Below, piece by piece: positions 59,981-64,000 of a DNA stretch of 64,000 nt; within the stretch, counting starts at the first letter, position 1, and each line of letters starts with the position of its first letter. The translations under genes and the position numbers were made by a program. The notes under the pieces are model-generated. The model searched no databases and was not told where the DNA came from. It worked only from the letters and a program-made list of their open reading frames with translations. The DNA is from Thermoplasmata archaeon (GTDB lineage Archaea; Thermoplasmatota; Thermoplasmata; Lutacidiplasmatales; UBA184), in the NCBI GenBank assembly GCA_027314165.1, contig DAHVCH010000011.1, positions 1,990 to 65,989 of the forward strand, read 5' to 3'.

Positions 59981-61417
59981 GTGATCGGAGCAGGACCGCG
60001 CCGCTTCCTCGCCACCGCGGTGCTCCACCTCGCGGCGCTGGGGGCCCTCATGGCCAGCGGCGTCGTGGGCCTCGACGCGCTCCTCTGGCTCTTCCTGGTG
60101 GGGTTCCTCGGGCACACGCTCGTGGGCTTCGCCTGGCACCTTGCCCCCTCCATCTCTCGACGGAGGCTCGTGGGTGTCCCCTCGGGGCCCGCGTACTGGG
60201 TCGCGGCCGAGCTCTCGGTGCTCGGGGGTACGGTCGGCCTCTCGGGGGAGCTGCCCCCAGCCTTCGGTCGAGGGGTCTGGTTCGCCGCCGCCGTGCTCTG
60301 GCTCGTCGTGAGCGCGGTGTTCATGGCGGCGCTCTTGCGGTCGTCCCGAGGCCCGGCGCTCGGAGCCCCGCCCGCCCCCAGACCCGCGGACGCGTTCGCG
60401 GCCACGCTCTTCCTCCTCTCCTGGCCCTTCGGGACGGCCGCCGCCGCGCTGTGGGTCCTGAGCGCCGTTCAGGACGGGCCGGGGCTCGGCTACTGGCTCG
60501 CGGGCGTCCACGCGTTCGTCCTGGGACAGGTCGCCCTCCTCATCTTCGGCGTCAGCCTCCGCCTGCTCCCCCGATTCGTAGGCGCGGACGGGCCGAGATG
60601 GCTTGCCGGGGCACTCGTCGTCTCCGCCGTCGTGGGGGCCCTGGGGATCCCCGCGACGATGCTCCTCGTCCCGGTCGGGGAGATCTGGGTCGTCGGGGTC
60701 CCCGGGCTCTTCGAGGGCATGGCGGCCCTCCTGTTCCTGGTCCAGCTCCTCTGGACCGGGGCCCGTGCGACGACGCCCCGTCGCGCCCATGCCATCTACC
60801 TCGCGGGAGCGGTGTTGCTCTGCGCCGGCGGCTCGCTGGGGCTTCGGATGGTTACGACCTCGGACCTCGCGATCGTCGGCATCCACGCCTGGACCACCCT
60901 CCTCGGGTTCACAGGGCTCATGGTGCTGGGGATGTGGTTCAGCATGATCGCCCCCTTTCAGTTCCTCTCCCACCGGTGGACGCTCCGGGCGCTCGCGGTC
61001 GGAGCCATCCTGCAGATCTCCGCCGTGCTCCTCGTGTGGTCGGAGCTCGCAATCCCCCGATCGGCCGTCGCCCTTGCCACCGCGCTCGCGGGCGGTCTCG
61101 AAGCGGTGTCGGGGGTCCTCTGGGCCCTCGGAACCCTTCCGGTCCTCTTCCCGAGCCTTCTCCCGGAGGAGGCGCGCTGGAGGGAACGCGGCGTAGTGGG
61201 CCGGCTGCGGTTCCCCTCGATCAACCCGGGCCGTCGGAGGAGCTCAGCATCGTGGAGATGGTACGGTGGAGCTCGGCCGCCTCCCCCTCCGAGACCTCCG
61301 GGCCGAACCAAGGATAGAGCTGGCCTTCCTCTCGGGTGTTATGGGCCCACAGGACGTTGCGAAGGACCGTGGAGGGCTCCTCCAGCCCCTTGTCCCCGGC
61401 CTCGACATGGCCCATGA
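59981..61417 (+). CDS. Polytopic membrane protein with intramembrane His; start and 3' end uncertain
   Basis: About 12 TMs; HAFVLG and HAWTTLLGF motifs; overlaps the next gene convergently. Confidence 0.65.
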   Translation: MIGAGPRRFLATAVLHLAALGALMASGVVGLDALLWLFLVGFLGHTLVGFAWHLAPSISRRRLVGVPSGPAYWVAAELSVLGGTVGLSGELPPAFGRGVWFAAAVLWLVVSAVFMAALLRSSRGPALGAPPAPRPADAFAATLFLLSWPFGTAAAALWVLSAVQDGPGLGYWLAGVHAFVLGQVALLIFGVSLRLLPRFVGADGPRWLAGALVVSAVVGALGIPATMLLVPVGEIWVVGVPGLFEGMAALLFLVQLLWTGARATTPRRAHAIYLAGAVLLCAGGSLGLRMVTTSDLAIVGIHAWTTLLGFTGLMVLGMWFSMIAPFQFLSHRWTLRALAVGAILQISAVLLVWSELAIPRSAVALATALAGGLEAVSGVLWALGTLPVLFPSLLPEEARWRERGVVGRLRFPSINPGRRRSSASWRWYGGARPPPPPRPPGRTKDRAGLPLGCYGPTGRCEGPWRAPPAPCPRPRHGP

Positions 61418-61712
61418 ACCGCTCCAGCGCGTCCCGGATCTGGACGTGCTCCTCTCGAAGGAGCTCGAGGAGGTGGTGCTCCCGACCGTCAGTGTGCTCC
61501 TCGTAGAACGGGAAGACCATCCCCTCCTCCACCTGGATGTGGCGTAGCAGGCCGCTCGTAAACTCCCGGAAGAGGGCGGTCGCCCGAGCCGGGTCGGTCC
61601 CCCATAGCCGCATCCCCTGGTCCCAGATCTCGTCCAGCCGAGCATGGTCCGCTTCCAGCGCTTGCCCAAGGGCGAGGGAAGGGCCCTCCGGGCCGGGGGG
61701 GTCGGCAGGCAT
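61221..61712 (-). CDS. Hemerythrin (HHE) domain protein
   Basis: DHARLD, HIQVEE, EEH and HNTREE motifs. Confidence 0.88.
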   Translation of the reverse strand: MPADPPGPEGPSLALGQALEADHARLDEIWDQGMRLWGTDPARATALFREFTSGLLRHIQVEEGMVFPFYEEHTDGREHHLLELLREEHVQIRDALERFMGHVEAGDKGLEEPSTVLRNVLWAHNTREEGQLYPWFGPEVSEGEAAELHRTISTMLSSSDGPG

Positions 61713-61931
61713 GGCCGGTCCAGGCCCTCCATCCCCCTGAAGCGAGCACCTAGAGGGCTCGGTTCACGACACGGGCCAGGTCCCACACGGGGGGGGGACG
61801 GGGAGAAGCGCCTCGGCGTGCCCGACCCGTGGTACAGGATAGCAAGACCCCCCACGGGATCGGGGTCCAGTGGAGCCGGCTCCACCTAACGCATAAAGAG
61901 GCCGTCACCGTCGGAGGGCGCAGTGAGAAAC

Positions 61932-62138
61932 ATGGCGGGTTTCAACTTCGCCTGCAAGGACGTCGGAATGAAATGCGACTTCGAGATACGCGGTGCGTCG
62001 ACGAAGGACGAGGCCATGCAAGAGGCCGCGGCCCACGCCAAGCACGCGCACCAGTTGGAGACCATCTCCCCCGAGCTTGGGGCGAAGGTCTCCGCGGCGA
62101 TCCGGCAGGGTGGGGGACTCCTCCCGCACCACCTCTGA
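61932..62138 (+). CDS. DUF1059 small metal-binding protein
   Basis: FACKDVGMKCDF...HAKHAH. Confidence 0.88.
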   Translation: MAGFNFACKDVGMKCDFEIRGASTKDEAMQEAAAHAKHAHQLETISPELGAKVSAAIRQGGGLLPHHL

Positions 62139-62213
62139 TCGGCCAACCTTTCGCCTCGGACGCCCTGGCCTGATGGCCGGGGCGCCCTCCCGCGAACCCC
62201 CTGGCGCGGGGGC

Positions 62214-62981
62214 TCAGCACTCCGAGCCTGGGGGCTCTTCCTTCCGGCGCAGCAGCTGCACGTAGTGGTGGGGACCGCCCTTCCACGCCCGAACCACCTT
62301 GAGGCCCGCCTGGGCGAGCCTTTCGGCCGCTTCCTCCGGAGTGTGCCGGATCTCGAGGGGGGGCCCTCCGGGGGTCTCCCGCTTCTCCCAATCCAGGTTC
62401 ACGAAGCATCCACCGGGCCGAAGCAACCGTACCGCCTCCGCCACGGTCTCCTTCGGCACGTCGTGGAGGACCGTCGCCATCAGGACCATGTCCGCGACCC
62501 CCGTGGGGAGAGGGATCCGTTCCGGCGTGCTCGCCACCACCTCCACCTGAGGGAGGTGCTCCTTCGTGCGCCGCTCTTCGAGCAGCCCGACGAGGTCCTT
62601 GGAGACGTCGACGGCGTAGACCTTCCCTGCAGGTCCCACACGCCGTGCGGCGGGGAAGGCGAAGAACCCGGTCCCGGCGCCCACGTCGACCACCACGCTC
62701 CCCGGGAGCAGCTCGACCTCCTTCCAGAGGGCGTCCGGGTCCAGCATGCTCCTGCGCTCGGGCGACTCCAGGACCGCGACCGCCTGCTCCCGGGACCATC
62801 CCGGGTGACCGCCCGGACCGTGCCCGTGCCCGTGGCCATGGCCGTGGCCATGCGCTCCGACGTGCCCCTGCCCTCGTTCATGTCCGTGGCCGTCCCCTTG
62901 TCCGTGGCTCTGCGCGTGCCCGTGACCTTCGGAGGCCGTGGCGGGGCGGGCGCTCGAGGACGTACGGTCCTCTCGGCTCAC
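62214..62981 (-). CDS. Class I SAM methyltransferase with His/Gly-rich N-terminus
   Basis: VDVGAGTG, VYAVDVS and LRPGG motifs; GTGA overlap with the DUF302 gene; (HG)n tract. Confidence 0.82.
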   Translation of the reverse strand: MSREDRTSSSARPATASEGHGHAQSHGQGDGHGHERGQGHVGAHGHGHGHGHGHGPGGHPGWSREQAVAVLESPERRSMLDPDALWKEVELLPGSVVVDVGAGTGFFAFPAARRVGPAGKVYAVDVSKDLVGLLEERRTKEHLPQVEVVASTPERIPLPTGVADMVLMATVLHDVPKETVAEAVRLLRPGGCFVNLDWEKRETPGGPPLEIRHTPEEAAERLAQAGLKVVRAWKGGPHHYVQLLRRKEEPPGSEC

Positions 62982-63397
62982 GCGTGGCTCCCGGCGCCGT
63001 GGGGGGTGGCCGTGGCGTCGACCGCCTGGATGAGCTGCGTCTCGACCTCTTCCGCGAGCGCGCGGAGCGCGGGAGGCGGCGACATCAGCCCCATCGCGCT
63101 CGTGGGCCGAAGGAGCGCGACGCGGGTGTGTCCCTCCTCGCGCGAGACCACGATCTTGCACGGCAGGAGGAGCGCCACGTCCCTGGAGGCCTTGAGCGCC
63201 TTGTCGGCCAGGCGAGGGGAGCAGACGTCCAGGAGGACGACCGGTTCGATGTCCGCCCCGATCTTCTCCTTCAGGAGGTCGTGCACCCGGAGGTTGGCCA
63301 GGATGCCGAAGCCCCTGGACTTGAGCTCCTGCTCCAGGCGGGCGACGGCCTCGTCGACCGTCCCGCCGGGCTGGACCGCGTAGGAGATGCCGGTCAT
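62978..63397 (-). CDS. DUF302 domain protein
   Basis: GFGIL, VCSP and LLLPCKIVV motifs. Confidence 0.88.
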   Translation of the reverse strand: MTGISYAVQPGGTVDEAVARLEQELKSRGFGILANLRVHDLLKEKIGADIEPVVLLDVCSPRLADKALKASRDVALLLPCKIVVSREEGHTRVALLRPTSAMGLMSPPPALRALAEEVETQLIQAVDATATPHGAGSHA

Positions 63398-63849
63398 GCG
63401 TACCCCGAGGGAGGGGCGCCCGCCGCGGGAAGGTGGAACGCGCGAAGGACCCGCTGCAGGAGCATCTCCTTCGCCATGACGCCCATCGTGCGGTCGACCA
63501 GGCGTCCGTGGTCGAAGTAGAGGAGGGTGGGGATCGCCTCGACCCCGAACTGGCCCGCGATCGCGGGCTCCTCGTCGGCGTTCAGCTTCGCGAACCGTAC
63601 CTGCCCGGCGAGGTCCTTCGCGAGCGCATCGACCGTCGGGGAGAGGTAGCGGCAGGGGCCGCACCAGGGGGCCCAGACGTCCACCACCAGGCGGGGGTTC
63701 TCGGAGAGGACCCGCGAGAAGGTCGAGGTCGTCGCCTGCACGGGCTCGATCCCGGCCGTCGCGGGCGGCGCTTGCTCTTTCGGCCTGGTCATCAGTTGCG
63801 CTAGCCGCCTCTGGCGAAGCTCCTGAAGCTCCGCGTCCTCCTCGTTCAT
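63394..63849 (-). CDS. trxA: Thioredoxin
   Basis: WAPWCGPC, KLNADE and IPTL motifs. Confidence 0.92.
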   Translation of the reverse strand: MNEEDAELQELRQRRLAQLMTRPKEQAPPATAGIEPVQATTSTFSRVLSENPRLVVDVWAPWCGPCRYLSPTVDALAKDLAGQVRFAKLNADEEPAIAGQFGVEAIPTLLYFDHGRLVDRTMGVMAKEMLLQRVLRAFHLPAAGAPPSGYA

Positions 63850-63850
63850 C

Positions 63851-64000
63851 TCAAGCCTCCACCGGTGTCCCGTGGTCCGCAGGGGCACGTGTCCCCGCCC
63901 CGCTCACGTCCGCCGCAGGAGAGGCAGGGCTCGAAGGACAATAGGCCTTCGCAAGGTAGGTCGAGACGTCGGTGATCTTCACGTCCTCCGGGGCGACACG
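63851..64000 (-). CDS. C-terminal fragment of a gene entering from the right edge
   Basis: Open frame RVAPEDVKITDVSTYLAKAY...VEA* stops 1 nt before the thioredoxin ATG; weakly resembles the ends of CCG-domain Fe-S proteins. Confidence 0.5.
   Translation of the reverse strand, partial: RVAPEDVKITDVSTYLAKAYCPSSPASPAADVSGAGTRAPADHGTPVEA

Overview
GC-rich archaeal DNA, most plausibly Thermoplasmata. The archaeal call rests on the rpoE1-spt4-DUF359-rps24e-rps27ae operon, type II GAPDH, Alba, archaeal ProRS and tRNA genes lacking CCA; the class is inferred. The left edge holds a tyrosine integrase next to tRNA-Ile(CAT), probably the border of an integrated element. Next is a phosphate module: an AbrB-PhoU regulator, pstSCAB-phoU and a divergent Pho84-like MFS fused to DUF47, with an ACTATAG-core motif shared by three promoters. 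The middle contains a tRNA-Asn with a T-loop BHB intron, tRNA-Arg, a candidate ~295-nt structured RNA, an orphan DNA methyltransferase, housekeeping genes and a split or frameshifted STAND-ATPase/TPR locus. It also has a membrane-anchored SH3b-amidase-PKD protein (candidate peptidoglycan hydrolase) divergent from a large surface protein, and an Alba with a 28-Gly tract. After tRNA-Leu lies a hemerythrin/DUF2249/SufT/membrane-protein/thioredoxin cluster, probably for redox, NO stress or metallocofactor repair. All assignments come from reading motifs by eye; no database search or folding program was run. Most other long ORFs in the track are GC-rich shadow frames.
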